NCBI GenBank assembly: GCA_020723765.1
Contig: DYIF01000004.1
Location: forward strand, 10,199-74,198
Reading direction: 5' to 3'
Length of the DNA: 64,000 nt
From: Elusimicrobium minutum
GTDB lineage: Bacteria; Elusimicrobiota; Elusimicrobia; Elusimicrobiales; UBA9959
Shown here piece after piece: positions 27,507-37,780 of the stretch. The stretch's first letter is position 1. Every line of letters begins with the position of its first letter. A program made the translations under genes and the position numbers. Under the pieces are notes generated by a model. The model was given only the letters and a program-made list of their open reading frames with translations. It was not told the origin of the DNA and made no database searches.

Positions 27507-30344
27507 TTAGGTCCTATTAGAAACATAAAACGACAAAAGATTTTCTATATCGGTTAGTTTATAAGGTTTTGGAAGTTTATAATCGAATTTATACCGGGAT
27601 ATGTTTTCCATTACGTCGTCGTCGGTGTATCCGCTCGATACTACGGAAAAAACGTCGTGGCGCATTTCTTTTATTTTTAAATTTAACTCCTGGCCTTTTA
27701 TATCGTTTTTAAGTATAAGGTCTACGACAACTATGTCGTATTTTTCGTTTCTTACCGCCTCCAATGCTTCTTTGGAATTGGAAACGCCTTTGACTTTATT
27801 TAAACCGAAATGAGAAAAGAGTCTTGTCAAAGACTTAATTACAAACTCCTCGTCGTCTATTATTAAAATCTTTAAGTTTTTTAAATCCGACAAGTTTAGC
27901 TCGTTTTTTTTCGTTTCCTCTCGTTTAATCAAATTATTTTCTTGATAAATGGGTATAAAAATAAAAAACTCGGTTCCAAAACTTTCTTTAGATTCGAAAA
28001 ATATCTCCCCGCCCATGCTTTCTATAAGTCTTTTGACCATAAAAAGGCCCAAACCTTTGCCGCCTACCTTGGTAGTAAAATATATGGAAAAAATTTTGGA
28101 TTTATCCTCTTCTTTTATTCCCACTCCGTAATCTTTTATCGAGATAGATAAATACTCTTTGCCCTCTTTTAAAGTTTTTGAAAACTTTAAATCTATTTTT
28201 TTCTCTTCTTTATTTTCCATCGAATGATAAGCGTTGGTAATCAAATTCGTGATAATCTGAGTCAACTGAGACTTATCTGCCGACACAAAGACATTTTTAA
28301 CGCTTTTATCCGCCGTTATATCGGTTTCCAAAAAAAGGCCTTTGGATACCACTTCTATTATCTTCAATATATCGGCTACGGACATTATTTCTTTCGAAAC
28401 TATTTTTGGATTTGAAATATTCAAAAGTTCTCTTGCTATATCCGATATAGAAGAAGAATAAAAATAGACCTCGTCTATCATGTTTAAAATTTCATCGTCT
28501 TTTATTTTGCTTCTTATCAAAGTCAGGTTGGATATCAAAGGAACAAGCATATTGTTTATGTTATGGGCTATGCCTCCGGTCATTTTTATAATAGATTCGG
28601 TATTCGATATTTTAATTTGAGATTCTATTTTTTCTTTTAAAAGCTTTTCATTTTCAAAAACATAATAAAGCCTTTGGGAAACATAGTTTAATATATCGCT
28701 CAACTTATCCACCAACTCCGAATTCCAACTATCTTTTCTATTTGCAAGCATCACAACACCTATAACTTTTTCGTCTATTTTCAAAGGAAGAGATATTGCG
28801 TTAAAAATCGGGACATGTCCCGGAATATCCTTTGGAGCATGCATTATGTTAACGCTTCCTTCTTTCAGGGTTCTTGCCCATATACATCCCGTTTTAAGGA
28901 ATTTTTTATACTCTATCAAATCCCCTATATGACAGTTTTCGGCGACATTTCCCGCCATATATTTTATTATAAACTCGTCCTTTTCTTTATTTAGAAAACC
29001 TATTAAACCGTACTCAGCCGAAAAATATATTCTTATAAAATTTAAAACCTCCTCATATACCTTATCGTGAGAAGACTTTATTATAATAAAATCTATTTGA
29101 GAAAGAAGAGCCAATTCTTTTGTATAAGAGTTTATCCTCTCTATTCTTTTCTTCTCGTACGTGACATCGGAAATTAAAAGCAGTATTTTGTCTTTTTCCA
29201 TGTAATTTCCCAAAGAATAGTGTATTGTTCTAACCTCACCGTCCGCTTTTTTTCCTTTTATGTCCACTCCCAAAGGATAATTTTTGGGATTTATAACAAA
29301 GTCTTCGATAAGCTCTTTATCTATTATCAATTCTTTTAAAAAATCCAAATTCTTTTCTTTTATTAAGCATAACGGATATCCCGTTATCTCTTCCATCTTT
29401 GAGTTTATGTATAAAATTTCCCTTGTCTTTCTATCCGCATATATTACTCCCAAAGGAAGTGATTCAAGCAAATTAAAAAACCTTTCTTTTTCCGATTCCG
29501 TTTGTTTTAAAAATATATGTCTTTTATATTCGTTTTCTAAAATTTTAGCGACTATAGATAACCTATTTTTTTTGAGATGAACATCTTTGTCGTAGAAAAA
29601 ACAAAAAACTCCCGTTCTATTTTCCTTATCTATAGATATGCCGTAATATCTTATTATCTTATTCTTAACCAAAATATCCGAATTAAGCGCTTTTACCTCC
29701 TCATAATCGAACATATCCTTTTCCAGAACCTTGCCGCACAAACTATCTTTAGCGTCGAATTCTTTTGGAAAATCCTCCGTCCCAAAAATAAAATAAGGGA
29801 TAAAAGTATTTTTTTCTTTGTTATAAACATTGAACATTACTATCTTTGCACCGGAGATTTCTTTGGCAAGCCCGACTATTTTCTTTATATTATCTTCGTA
29901 ATTTTGAGTGAAAGAACGAACTAAAGCGTTGATTTTGGCTATATCGTCTATATATTCGGTTCTAAATGTTATATCGTAGCCGAAACTTATCGTTCCCACA
30001 TTTTCATCGTTATCTTCGATAACAAAATTTGTCCACATTATCAAAGGTTTTGTCCCGTCTTTTTTAATTATTCGGTTTATATTGTAATTTGAATTATCCG
30101 TTTTTTTAGATATAATTTGATCAAAGTAATTTTTTACATCTTCTTTGTCTATAAACAATTTAAAATAATCTTTTTCCAATATTTCTTCTCTTAAATACCC
30201 TGTAAGTTTTAAAAAATTATCGTTTACATATTTGATTTTTTTGTCTTTCGACAATATTACTATTATACCGGGGTGGTTTAAAAACACCTGACTTAAAAAC
30301 CTATCGGTTGCGCAAAGTTTTAAATAATAATCCGCGTTATTCAT
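27507..30344 (-). CDS. cytoplasmic hybrid sensor kinase (PAS/GAF modules, HisKA, HATPase, C-terminal receiver)
   Basis: 945 aa, no TM segments. H-box GGIAHNINNML. ATPase blocks NLITNAYHS, DYGVGI and GKGLGLFMV. Receiver ILIIDDEE...VVVDLIL...KP. Confidence 0.85.
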   Translation of the reverse strand: MNNADYYLKLCATDRFLSQVFLNHPGIIVILSKDKKIKYVNDNFLKLTGYLREEILEKDYFKLFIDKEDVKNYFDQIISKKTDNSNYNINRIIKKDGTKPLIMWTNFVIEDNDENVGTISFGYDITFRTEYIDDIAKINALVRSFTQNYEDNIKKIVGLAKEISGAKIVMFNVYNKEKNTFIPYFIFGTEDFPKEFDAKDSLCGKVLEKDMFDYEEVKALNSDILVKNKIIRYYGISIDKENRTGVFCFFYDKDVHLKKNRLSIVAKILENEYKRHIFLKQTESEKERFFNLLESLPLGVIYADRKTREILYINSKMEEITGYPLCLIKEKNLDFLKELIIDKELIEDFVINPKNYPLGVDIKGKKADGEVRTIHYSLGNYMEKDKILLLISDVTYEKKRIERINSYTKELALLSQIDFIIIKSSHDKVYEEVLNFIRIYFSAEYGLIGFLNKEKDEFIIKYMAGNVAENCHIGDLIEYKKFLKTGCIWARTLKEGSVNIMHAPKDIPGHVPIFNAISLPLKIDEKVIGVVMLANRKDSWNSELVDKLSDILNYVSQRLYYVFENEKLLKEKIESQIKISNTESIIKMTGGIAHNINNMLVPLISNLTLIRSKIKDDEILNMIDEVYFYSSSISDIARELLNISNPKIVSKEIMSVADILKIIEVVSKGLFLETDITADKSVKNVFVSADKSQLTQIITNLITNAYHSMENKEEKKIDLKFSKTLKEGKEYLSISIKDYGVGIKEEDKSKIFSIYFTTKVGGKGLGLFMVKRLIESMGGEIFFESKESFGTEFFIFIPIYQENNLIKREETKKNELNLSDLKNLKILIIDDEEFVIKSLTRLFSHFGLNKVKGVSNSKEALEAVRNEKYDIVVVDLILKNDIKGQELNLKIKEMRHDVFSVVSSGYTDDDVMENISRYKFDYKLPKPYKLTDIENLLSFYVSNRT

Positions 30345-31207
30345 TTTTTTAATTCTTCAATTTTAATTTTAAAAAGATATCCGTTTTCGTTGGATATTAT
30401 AACCTCGTCTTTTAAAAAACTTACCCCCTCGCACTGCCCCAAAGAAATCTCTTTAAAATAATATTTCGAATCGAATGGATTGTCTTTCCCGTTAGTTTCA
30501 AAAAGCCATATATAATTATAAGTCAAAACGGCTATATATTTACCATCCTCCGAAACGGCGGCGTCGGTAACAAGCGATTTAAAATCGAAACTACCTATAA
30601 CCTCGGGAACATTCATCTGCCAGGGGGTTAAAGAATTAAATCTATAAATCTTTGCGACGCTTGTGCTCCTTGTTTTTGTAATTATATGGAGCTTTCCTTT
30701 ATAAGAAAAAATCGCTTCGGCGTCGTAATTAAAATTTTCTTTATCCGGAGGAAAATCTTTCTGGTCGGGATAACTAAAAGGATACTTCGATATTATACCC
30801 GCCTCGTTTGCGTAATAAGGATTGGGCTCGGATATCCTATAAAGAGCAAGGTCTCGTCTGTAATTATAGTTATTACCGCAGTCGCATATAATAATGTCTC
30901 CGTTTGAATCGTAAGTCAAAGCTTCCCAGTCCGAGTTATAAGCGTCCGTTATTTTTAGACCGGAGTATTTTTTTACCCAATCGGGCTTTATAAGTTTTCC
31001 GTTTAAATCTATGGCGAATATTCTTGCGACGTCTCCGGAGTCATTTAATGTCCAGAATATATCGTATTTTTTACTTTTTAATATGGCGGAGCCTTCGTCT
31101 ATGCTTTTGGTATCGGATATTACCGAATAGGGCTTTATGGAATAATTACCGTCGTCTTTGTATGCGTGCAATAAAACGGAAAAAATAACAAAAATCAATT
31201 TAATCAT
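30341..31207 (-). CDS. secreted beta-propeller-like protein, function unknown
   Basis: Signal peptide MIKLIFVIFSVLLHA. Repeated strand-rich blocks with LNDSGD, DWEAL and DAAVSEDGKY motifs. ATGA-type overlap with the kinase gene. Confidence 0.55.
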   Translation of the reverse strand: MIKLIFVIFSVLLHAYKDDGNYSIKPYSVISDTKSIDEGSAILKSKKYDIFWTLNDSGDVARIFAIDLNGKLIKPDWVKKYSGLKITDAYNSDWEALTYDSNGDIIICDCGNNYNYRRDLALYRISEPNPYYANEAGIISKYPFSYPDQKDFPPDKENFNYDAEAIFSYKGKLHIITKTRSTSVAKIYRFNSLTPWQMNVPEVIGSFDFKSLVTDAAVSEDGKYIAVLTYNYIWLFETNGKDNPFDSKYYFKEISLGQCEGVSFLKDEVIISNENGYLFKIKIEELKK

Positions 31208-31215
31208 AAAATCTC

Positions 31216-31713
31216 CTACTTTTTTATAATATCCCCCGCCACCGCATCGAATATATCCGAGCTTATTTTATGGCTATTTTTATAAAAAATCAATATTATC
31301 TTCGATATATAGAAAAGAGAGAAAGCTATAAATAATATATTATAGCTCCAAAGCCAATCGGAGCCCAAAGTTTTTACAAACAAACCTAACCCCGAAAAAT
31401 ACGCCGTTATTATAACGGCAAGATAAACGAGATATGAATGAATAACTCCCGCCTGAGGCAGTATAACGACCATTTCTTCCACATAAACAAACGATCTTTT
31501 TCCAAACTCGTATATTATAAAGCAAGCGATAAGCGTCATAATAAAAGACAAGACCTCGGTTAGCAATATATTATCGTTAAAAATAGTAACGCTTGAAACA
31601 AAAGGCAGAGAAGAAGCGAAATTGTTAAAAACGTAAATTACGAAAAGTATTATGAAAAGTCTTATTATTTCTATAAGATAAGGTCTTAATTTATCCGCGT
31701 TTATAACTTTCAT
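31216..31713 (-). CDS. small integral membrane protein (4-5 TM), function unknown
   Basis: 165 aa, hydrophobic throughout. 23-nt overlap with the upstream oxidoreductase gene. Confidence 0.55.
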   Translation of the reverse strand: MKVINADKLRPYLIEIIRLFIILFVIYVFNNFASSLPFVSSVTIFNDNILLTEVLSFIMTLIACFIIYEFGKRSFVYVEEMVVILPQAGVIHSYLVYLAVIITAYFSGLGLFVKTLGSDWLWSYNILFIAFSLFYISKIILIFYKNSHKISSDIFDAVAGDIIKK

Positions 31714-32662
31714 AGGCTCTTTCTATCGTATATATGCATTCTCTCGATTGATTAAAATTCTCATCAAATTTTCTTCTATCTTTTAAAGAATTATAAAAAT
31801 CTTTATAAACGTTTTCCGTCCAGATCGGATGGGCGGATGAGCCCGAAAGTTTTTCCGCAAACTTATGTTCTCTAAACTCTCCGTTTTCAAAAATAACTTT
31901 TAAATAATCGTCTTCGAAAACCAAAACTCCTTTATCGCCGTATGCGGACATAAAATTCTTTCTTATGGGAGAGCGCCAGCTTAAATGTATATCCGCCGAT
32001 ACTTCTCCGTAAGACATCCTGAAATCCGCTATTTCGTCTATTTTATTATCGTTAAAGACAAAAAAAGAATTAATATCGGTAATATTTTTGTTTAGAAACG
32101 AGCCTATTATATATATAACATGCCATCCGTGGTCGAATATTATCCCGCCTCCCGCCGTATCGGGGTCTATTCTCCAGTTAGACGAGGCTGTTTGAGAAGG
32201 TTTTTTTCTAAGCGTTTCCCATTTAATATGCCATACCTTCCCGATCTCTTTCATAAACTCGCTTATTTTAATTATATGAGGCGAGTAAACCCAGTTATGA
32301 ACAGTATAAACCGTCTTACCGGTTTTTTTAACCGCCTCTTCTATTTCTCTAAACTCCGAGATATTTCTGCATAAAGGTTTTTCACAAAGAACATTAACGC
32401 CTCTATTTAAAGCCTTTATTATTATATCTTTATGGCTATTTGGAGGAGTAGTTATAGTTACGGCGTCAAGGTCTTCTTTCTCAAACATTGACTCTAAATC
32501 GTCGTATTCTCTTACGCCCAGAATATCTTTAGCTTTCTCCCTTCTTTCTCTGGATATGTCGAAAACGCAAACTGGATTAAATTCATCGGAAAGTTTTTTT
32601 ATTACGGCGGCATGAGCGTTTTCGCATACCGCTCCAAAACCGACAATTCCCAACTTCAACAT
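31691..32662 (-). CDS. Gfo/Idh/MocA-family NAD(P)-dependent oxidoreductase
   Basis: N-terminal LGIVGFGAV Rossmann fold and the EKPL block (VLCEKPLC). 323 aa. Confidence 0.8.
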   Translation of the reverse strand: MLKLGIVGFGAVCENAHAAVIKKLSDEFNPVCVFDISRERREKAKDILGVREYDDLESMFEKEDLDAVTITTPPNSHKDIIIKALNRGVNVLCEKPLCRNISEFREIEEAVKKTGKTVYTVHNWVYSPHIIKISEFMKEIGKVWHIKWETLRKKPSQTASSNWRIDPDTAGGGIIFDHGWHVIYIIGSFLNKNITDINSFFVFNDNKIDEIADFRMSYGEVSADIHLSWRSPIRKNFMSAYGDKGVLVFEDDYLKVIFENGEFREHKFAEKLSGSSAHPIWTENVYKDFYNSLKDRRKFDENFNQSRECIYTIERAYESYKRG

Positions 32663-32683
32663 ATTTCCGATAAATTCTCTCCT

Positions 32684-34033
32684 TTATATATTAAACTCTC
32701 TGGATATGGCTCCAAAGGCTTCGTCGTATATTCTTATCGCGGTTTCCGCCTCTTTTTCGGTTATAATCAAAGGAGGATTTACTCTTATGGTAGCGGAGTA
32801 ACACATTGAAATCATCCCTCTCTTAATACACTCGTCGAATAATCTTCTGGTTATGTTCTTATCCAGCGGCTTTTTGGTTTTTCTATCGCTTACCATCTCA
32901 ACGCCTATCATAAGCCCTTTGCCTCTAACGTCTCCTATGAATCTGTATTTCTCTTGAAGTTTTTTAAATTCGTTTAAAAGATACTCTCCTACTTTATTAG
33001 AGTTTTCTACAAGATTATATTTGATTATCGCTTCTAAAGTGGCGTCGCAGGCGCATCCGGCAAGAGGGTTGCCGCCGTAGCTTGAGGAACTGCCGCTTGG
33101 ATTTGCGAAAGGTTTTGAATTAATTATCTCGTCGTTTGAAATTACTCCGGCCACGGGAAAACCGTTTGCGATTCCCTTGCCTACGGTCATTATGTCTGGG
33201 GTCACTCCGAAATGCTCCACACCGAACATCTTGCCGGTTCTTCCAAATCCGCATATCATCTCGTCGCATATCAAAACCGCGTTATTTTCTTTAGCCACTT
33301 CTTTAACGGCTTTTAAAAAATCGGGAGGCGGGACCACATTGCCGTTTGTTCCCTGTATAGGTTCTATTAAAAAAGCCGCTATTTTGCCCGCGCTTTCCTG
33401 TTTTAACTGCTTTCTTATAAACTCTACGCAATAAAGTCCGCAGGAAGGATAGTCCATTTTGAAAGGACATCTGTAACAGTAAGCGTATGGAACGGAATGA
33501 ATCCCGCTCATAATCGGACCAAGCTCTCTTTTAAAGTCGTCCAGTAAACCTAAAACGGTTCCGGTTTTACCGTGAAATCCTCCCCAGAAACCCACAACCT
33601 CGTAATTTTTGGTATAGCTTTTTGCAAGCCTTATCGCGGCTTCCACCGCTTCCGCTCCGCCCGAATAAAACTGGATTCTGGTTAGTCCTTTAGGAGTATA
33701 TTTGGCAAGCGTCTTACAGTAATTCGCTCTTCTTGGAGAGCAGAAGCTTCCCGTATTTATTTTAGAAACCTGTTCGCTCATAGCTTTTGCGTAATCGGGG
33801 TGTCCATGGCCCAAAGAAGCCACTCCGACTCCCGCATACATATCGAGATATCTATTGCCGTCTATGTCTATAAAATAGCATCCTTCTCCTTTTTCCATTA
33901 CAAGCTTTGAAAACAAAGCTATGCTTTGAACTCCTGGAGCTATATACTTTTGCTCTTCTTCGAATATTTTAAGCGATTTGGGTCCGGGGGTAAATTCTTT
34001 GTTATCCGAAATTTTATTGGTTTTGGTTTTCAT
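32684..34033 (-). CDS. class-III (omega-type) PLP aminotransferase
   Basis: GGAEAVEAAIRLAK, LICDEMICGFGRTGKMF and PDIMTVGKGIANG (PLP Lys) blocks. 449 aa. Confidence 0.85.
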   Translation of the reverse strand: MKTKTNKISDNKEFTPGPKSLKIFEEEQKYIAPGVQSIALFSKLVMEKGEGCYFIDIDGNRYLDMYAGVGVASLGHGHPDYAKAMSEQVSKINTGSFCSPRRANYCKTLAKYTPKGLTRIQFYSGGAEAVEAAIRLAKSYTKNYEVVGFWGGFHGKTGTVLGLLDDFKRELGPIMSGIHSVPYAYCYRCPFKMDYPSCGLYCVEFIRKQLKQESAGKIAAFLIEPIQGTNGNVVPPPDFLKAVKEVAKENNAVLICDEMICGFGRTGKMFGVEHFGVTPDIMTVGKGIANGFPVAGVISNDEIINSKPFANPSGSSSSYGGNPLAGCACDATLEAIIKYNLVENSNKVGEYLLNEFKKLQEKYRFIGDVRGKGLMIGVEMVSDRKTKKPLDKNITRRLFDECIKRGMISMCYSATIRVNPPLIITEKEAETAIRIYDEAFGAISREFNI

Positions 34034-34050
34034 CTTATCCTCCTAAAATT

Positions 34051-34896
34051 TTATCTTTTTATCTTTTGAGTTTCTTCCATTTTGCTTTTTTCTTTTAAAA
34101 CTCCGAATATATGTTCGGCTATATGTTTTTTTACCTCGTTTCTAACTCTCGCAAAAGAAGGCCAGCTGTTAATATCAATTATATATATTTTAGATTCGGA
34201 TGTCACTATCGCGTCGCCTCCGTAAACCTCGACTCCGACCGCTTTTGCGAATCTTGAAGCGTTTTTATGAAGCAAATTTTCGTCGAATTTATAATTTTTA
34301 ACTACGGTAGGCTTATGATAAAACCAGGAAAACCACTTCCCCGGCCCGACGCCGTAAAATTTAATCAAATCTCCCTCTATATGACGCTGAATCATAACGT
34401 CTTTTATGTTTCTCTTTTCAAAATCTTCTTTAACCCTTACGGCATCCTCCCATCTTTTAACATAATGGACGTCGTGAAGACAGGTATTATGAACGTCCCC
34501 TCTTTTTATCCAGACCCCGTGAGGCTCGAAAAAATACGGTTTTTCTCCGGGAAAATCATTCATACTTCTCATTATGCTTTCGGGGAATATATCCGCGCAA
34601 CTTTTATTTACGAGATTAAACATATTCCTTCTATAGCAGTTATAGACCGATTCCACCGGATTTATAAAAACGGCGTTTATATTTTTTATCTTCTCCAAAT
34701 TTTCCGGATTTTCGCACATCGGAACCACCGCGTCCCAGTTATCATTTAAAACGTCGTCTATCACCTCGGGTTCTATAAGGTGAACCTTTACGCCCAATTT
34801 AATCATCTCGTCGCATACGGCTTTTAAAATTAAAGCGTCGTCGCTTTCTCTATTTGGCGAGTTTGTTATTTCTCTAAAAATACTAAGGCATCTCAT
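34051..34896 (-). CDS. ATP-grasp-like ligase, unknown substrate
   Basis: 281 aa. VWIKRGD...MIQRHIEGDLIKFYGV...GGDAIVTSESKIYIIDINSWPSF resembles the central and C-terminal ATP-grasp strands ending in the E/N Mg-binding loop. The call is by pattern only. Confidence 0.5.
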   Translation of the reverse strand: MRCLSIFREITNSPNRESDDALILKAVCDEMIKLGVKVHLIEPEVIDDVLNDNWDAVVPMCENPENLEKIKNINAVFINPVESVYNCYRRNMFNLVNKSCADIFPESIMRSMNDFPGEKPYFFEPHGVWIKRGDVHNTCLHDVHYVKRWEDAVRVKEDFEKRNIKDVMIQRHIEGDLIKFYGVGPGKWFSWFYHKPTVVKNYKFDENLLHKNASRFAKAVGVEVYGGDAIVTSESKIYIIDINSWPSFARVRNEVKKHIAEHIFGVLKEKSKMEETQKIKR

Positions 34897-34932
34897 AATG
34901 GTCTCCGTTTTTAAAAATAAGATTAAAACTTT

Positions 34933-36477
34933 CTAAATCTTAGGTCCGCCGTTTATTATATTCGCTTCGGATATTCCGAATTTACCGAAATTTTTTACAA
35001 ACATTGCGGCAAGTTCTTTGTATTTCAAATCGTAATCCGAAGGATTTTTCCAGGAAAGTTTCGGATTTAAAAGCGATTTATCTATCGATGGAATTTGTGG
35101 GATTTCAAACCCGAATACGGGGTCCTTGATAAACTCGATTTTTTCGTTTTTATATTCTAAAGCGAACTTTAAAATTTCTCTGGTAAGCTTTATGCTTATT
35201 CTTTTCCCGACCCCGTAAGGCCCTCCGCAAAGGCCCGTATTTATAAGCCAGCAGTTGGAATCGTATTTTTTCATCTTATCGCTTAGCATATTGGCATAAA
35301 TCGAAGGGTGGTGAGACATAAAAGGGGCGCCAAAGCAGGTACTAAACGTAACTCTGGGCTCTTTAATTCCTATCTCGGTATTGGCCACTTTTGCGGTATA
35401 ACCCGATATGAAATGATACATCGCTTGAGAATGGTTTAATCTTGATATCGGAGGCAAAACTCCGAAAGCGTCGTAAGCCAACATTATTATGTTTTTAGGA
35501 TGAGGAAATTTTTCGCCGTATATAGCGTTATCTATAAATCTTAAAGGGTAGCCGCATCTTGTGTTTTCGGTTAAAGAACCGTCTTCAAATACCGGCATTC
35601 TGTTTTTATCGTAAACGACGTTTTCCAAAACGCTTTGAAACCTGTTTACGGCGGAATATATCTGGGGTTCCGCTTCTTTTGAAAGATTTATCACCTTGGC
35701 GTAACACCCCGCCTCAAAATTAAATATTCCATCATCCCCCCACCCGTGCTCGTCGTCCCCTATCAATCTTCTTTCGGGGTCCGAAGAAAGAGTGGTTTTG
35801 CCAGTTCCGGAAAGACCGAAAAATATCGCGGTCTCGCCTTCTTTAGATATGTTTGCGGAGCAATGCATAGGAAAAACGTTTTTTAAAGGAAGAAGATAAT
35901 TCATAACGCTAAAAGCGGTTTTTTTAATCTCGCCCGCATATCCCGTTCCGCCTATTATGGCGGTCTTGTGTTCGAAACTTATTATTATGAATGTTTCAGA
36001 CCTCGTTCCGTCTATTTTCGGGTCCGCTTTAAAATTTGGAACCGAAATTATTGTAAAATCGGCGTCTGATTCGGAAAGCTCGGAGCCGTAATCGAAAAAA
36101 AGATTTTTTACAAACAAACTATGCCAGGCAAATTCGGTTATAACTCTGGTTTTTAACCTGAAATTCGGATTTGAACCTATATAAGAATTTCTAACATAAA
36201 TAAAATCTTTGGAAGCTATATATTTTTTAACTTTTTCGTAAAGATTTAAAAAAACCTTTTCGTCTATCGCTACGTTATTATCTCCCCACCATATATGTTT
36301 TTCCGACGGCGATTTTTTCACTATAAACTTATCCTGAGCGCTTCTTGCGGTATGCTTACCCGTTTTAACGGAAATCGCCCCGGTATTTAATATTACGCCC
36401 TCGTCATTTTTTATTATATGCTCGTATAATTCGGCTTCCGTCAAATCAATATGGTTTTTTTTCAAACTGGATATCAT
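34933..36477 (-). CDS. pckA: phosphoenolpyruvate carboxykinase (ATP)
   Basis: ORF 34933..36546 trimmed to MISSLKKNHIDL (ATG 36477-36475, ATGA overlap with the aspC stop). Kinase-1a FFGLSGTGKTTLS, IGDDEHGW and the RSAQDKFIV substrate block. Confidence 0.9.
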   Translation of the reverse strand: MISSLKKNHIDLTEAELYEHIIKNDEGVILNTGAISVKTGKHTARSAQDKFIVKKSPSEKHIWWGDNNVAIDEKVFLNLYEKVKKYIASKDFIYVRNSYIGSNPNFRLKTRVITEFAWHSLFVKNLFFDYGSELSESDADFTIISVPNFKADPKIDGTRSETFIIISFEHKTAIIGGTGYAGEIKKTAFSVMNYLLPLKNVFPMHCSANISKEGETAIFFGLSGTGKTTLSSDPERRLIGDDEHGWGDDGIFNFEAGCYAKVINLSKEAEPQIYSAVNRFQSVLENVVYDKNRMPVFEDGSLTENTRCGYPLRFIDNAIYGEKFPHPKNIIMLAYDAFGVLPPISRLNHSQAMYHFISGYTAKVANTEIGIKEPRVTFSTCFGAPFMSHHPSIYANMLSDKMKKYDSNCWLINTGLCGGPYGVGKRISIKLTREILKFALEYKNEKIEFIKDPVFGFEIPQIPSIDKSLLNPKLSWKNPSDYDLKYKELAAMFVKNFGKFGISEANIINGGPKI

Positions 36478-37640
36478 AAACCGCCTCCGTCCAAAAAGTC
36501 TCTTATTCTTCCCACGCCTTTGACTATATCGGAATCCGAGCCGCAAAAACTTATTCTCAAATATCCGTCCATGCCGAATTCTATGCCCGGAACCGTAACA
36601 ACCCCGGTTTTTTCTATAAGAATCGAAGAGAGTTTGGAACTATCTTTTTCATACTCGGAAAAATCGATAAAACCGTAAAAAGTGGCCTGAGATTTTTGAA
36701 ATTTCGCCTTTTTTATTTTGGAAATTTCGTTAAAAAGCAAATCTCTTTTCCTTTTCAAATCTTCGAGCAATTTAATCGTAAATTTCCTGCCTTCAATCAA
36801 AGCCCCGACAGAAGCCTCCTGACTCAATTCGCTCGGACAGGATGTAATCTGAGCCTGGATCTTTGTCATGGCTTTTGAAATTTCTTTGGAGGCTACGGAA
36901 AAACCTATTCTAAAACCGGTCATAGCGAAAGATTTGGATACGCCGTTTATAAAAACCGCGGTAGATTTTTCAATGTCCTCAATGTAAGAAAAAATCGGTT
37001 TTGGGGTTATATCGTCTATTATAAGCTGGTCGTAAATCGAATCGAAAAGCAAATATATGTTGTTTCTCGAGCAATAATCTATAAGATTTTCTACAAGAGA
37101 ATCTGGATAAACAAGCCCGGAAGGGTTATTGGGCGAGTTTATCATTATTGCTTTGGTATTTGAAGTTATATGATTAAGTATGTCATCTAATGAAGGAATC
37201 AGCCCCTGGGAAGGCCTTACCACGACCGGAGTTCCATAAACCATAGATACCATTTCCGTATAGCTTACCCAGTATGGCGCAAGTATTATAACCTCATCAC
37301 CCGGATTTACGGTAGCCATCAAAAAATTATATATACACTGCTTTGCCCCCGTAGAAACCACTATGTTTTCCAAATCCGGAGAAAAATGATAAATTTCTTT
37401 GAAATAATCGGATATTTGTTTCTTTAAAGATTTGATACCCGAGGTCGGAGTATATTTTACTCTTTTGGAGTTTAGTTTTTCTATCGATTTTTTTACCGCT
37501 AACTCCGGCAAATCAAACTCCGGCTCACCGCCTCCTAAATGTATTATATCCCTGCCTTCCGATTTTAGTTTTCCCGCTAATTCGTTTAATTTTAGAGTGG
37601 CCGAAGGTTTTAAAGAGATGGCGATTTTACTCAATTCCAT
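36474..37640 (-). CDS. aspC: class-I PLP aminotransferase (aspartate aminotransferase-like)
   Basis: GEPEFD, NSPNNPSG and SKSFAMTGFRIG (PLP Lys) blocks. 388 aa. Confidence 0.85.
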   Translation of the reverse strand: MELSKIAISLKPSATLKLNELAGKLKSEGRDIIHLGGGEPEFDLPELAVKKSIEKLNSKRVKYTPTSGIKSLKKQISDYFKEIYHFSPDLENIVVSTGAKQCIYNFLMATVNPGDEVIILAPYWVSYTEMVSMVYGTPVVVRPSQGLIPSLDDILNHITSNTKAIMINSPNNPSGLVYPDSLVENLIDYCSRNNIYLLFDSIYDQLIIDDITPKPIFSYIEDIEKSTAVFINGVSKSFAMTGFRIGFSVASKEISKAMTKIQAQITSCPSELSQEASVGALIEGRKFTIKLLEDLKRKRDLLFNEISKIKKAKFQKSQATFYGFIDFSEYEKDSSKLSSILIEKTGVVTVPGIEFGMDGYLRISFCGSDSDIVKGVGRIRDFLDGGGL

Positions 37641-37661
37641 TATATCCTCTAAAAAATTAAA

Positions 37662-37733
37662 AGGCGCGGGTCGGAATCGAACCGACGCATAGCGGTTTTG
37701 CAGACCGCGGCCTTACCACTTGGCTACCGCGCC
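37662..37733 (-). tRNA. tRNA-Cys (GCA)
   Basis: Minus strand reads GGCGCGGTAGCCAAGTGGTAAGGCCGCGGTCTGCAAAACCGCTATGCGTCGGTTCGATTCCGACCCGCGCCT. Acceptor GGCGCGG/CCGCGCC, anticodon loop CTGCAAA, T-arm GTCGG-TTCGATT-CCGAC. Discriminator U73 is typical of tRNA-Cys. No encoded CCA. Confidence 0.9.
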
Positions 37734-37743
37734 AACAAAATCT

Positions 37744-37772
37744 ATTTTACATAAAAAATCAACCATTGGCAA
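37744..37772 (-). promoter_or_regulatory. putative sigma70-type promoter of tRNA-Cys
   Basis: Minus strand reads TTGCCA (37772-37767), 17-nt spacer, TAAAAT (37749-37744), 10 nt before the mature 5' end. Confidence 0.4.
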
Positions 37773-37780
37773 TAAAAACC

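Noticed and set aside
27492-27511. Hairpin AATAGGAC-TTAG-GTCCTATT as terminator of the hybrid kinase gene
   Set aside because: The stem overlaps the kinase stop codon and has no following U-tract on the minus strand. It may instead belong to the GGACC/GGTCC word set near the CTTTAGGGC box. I did not call it as a terminator.
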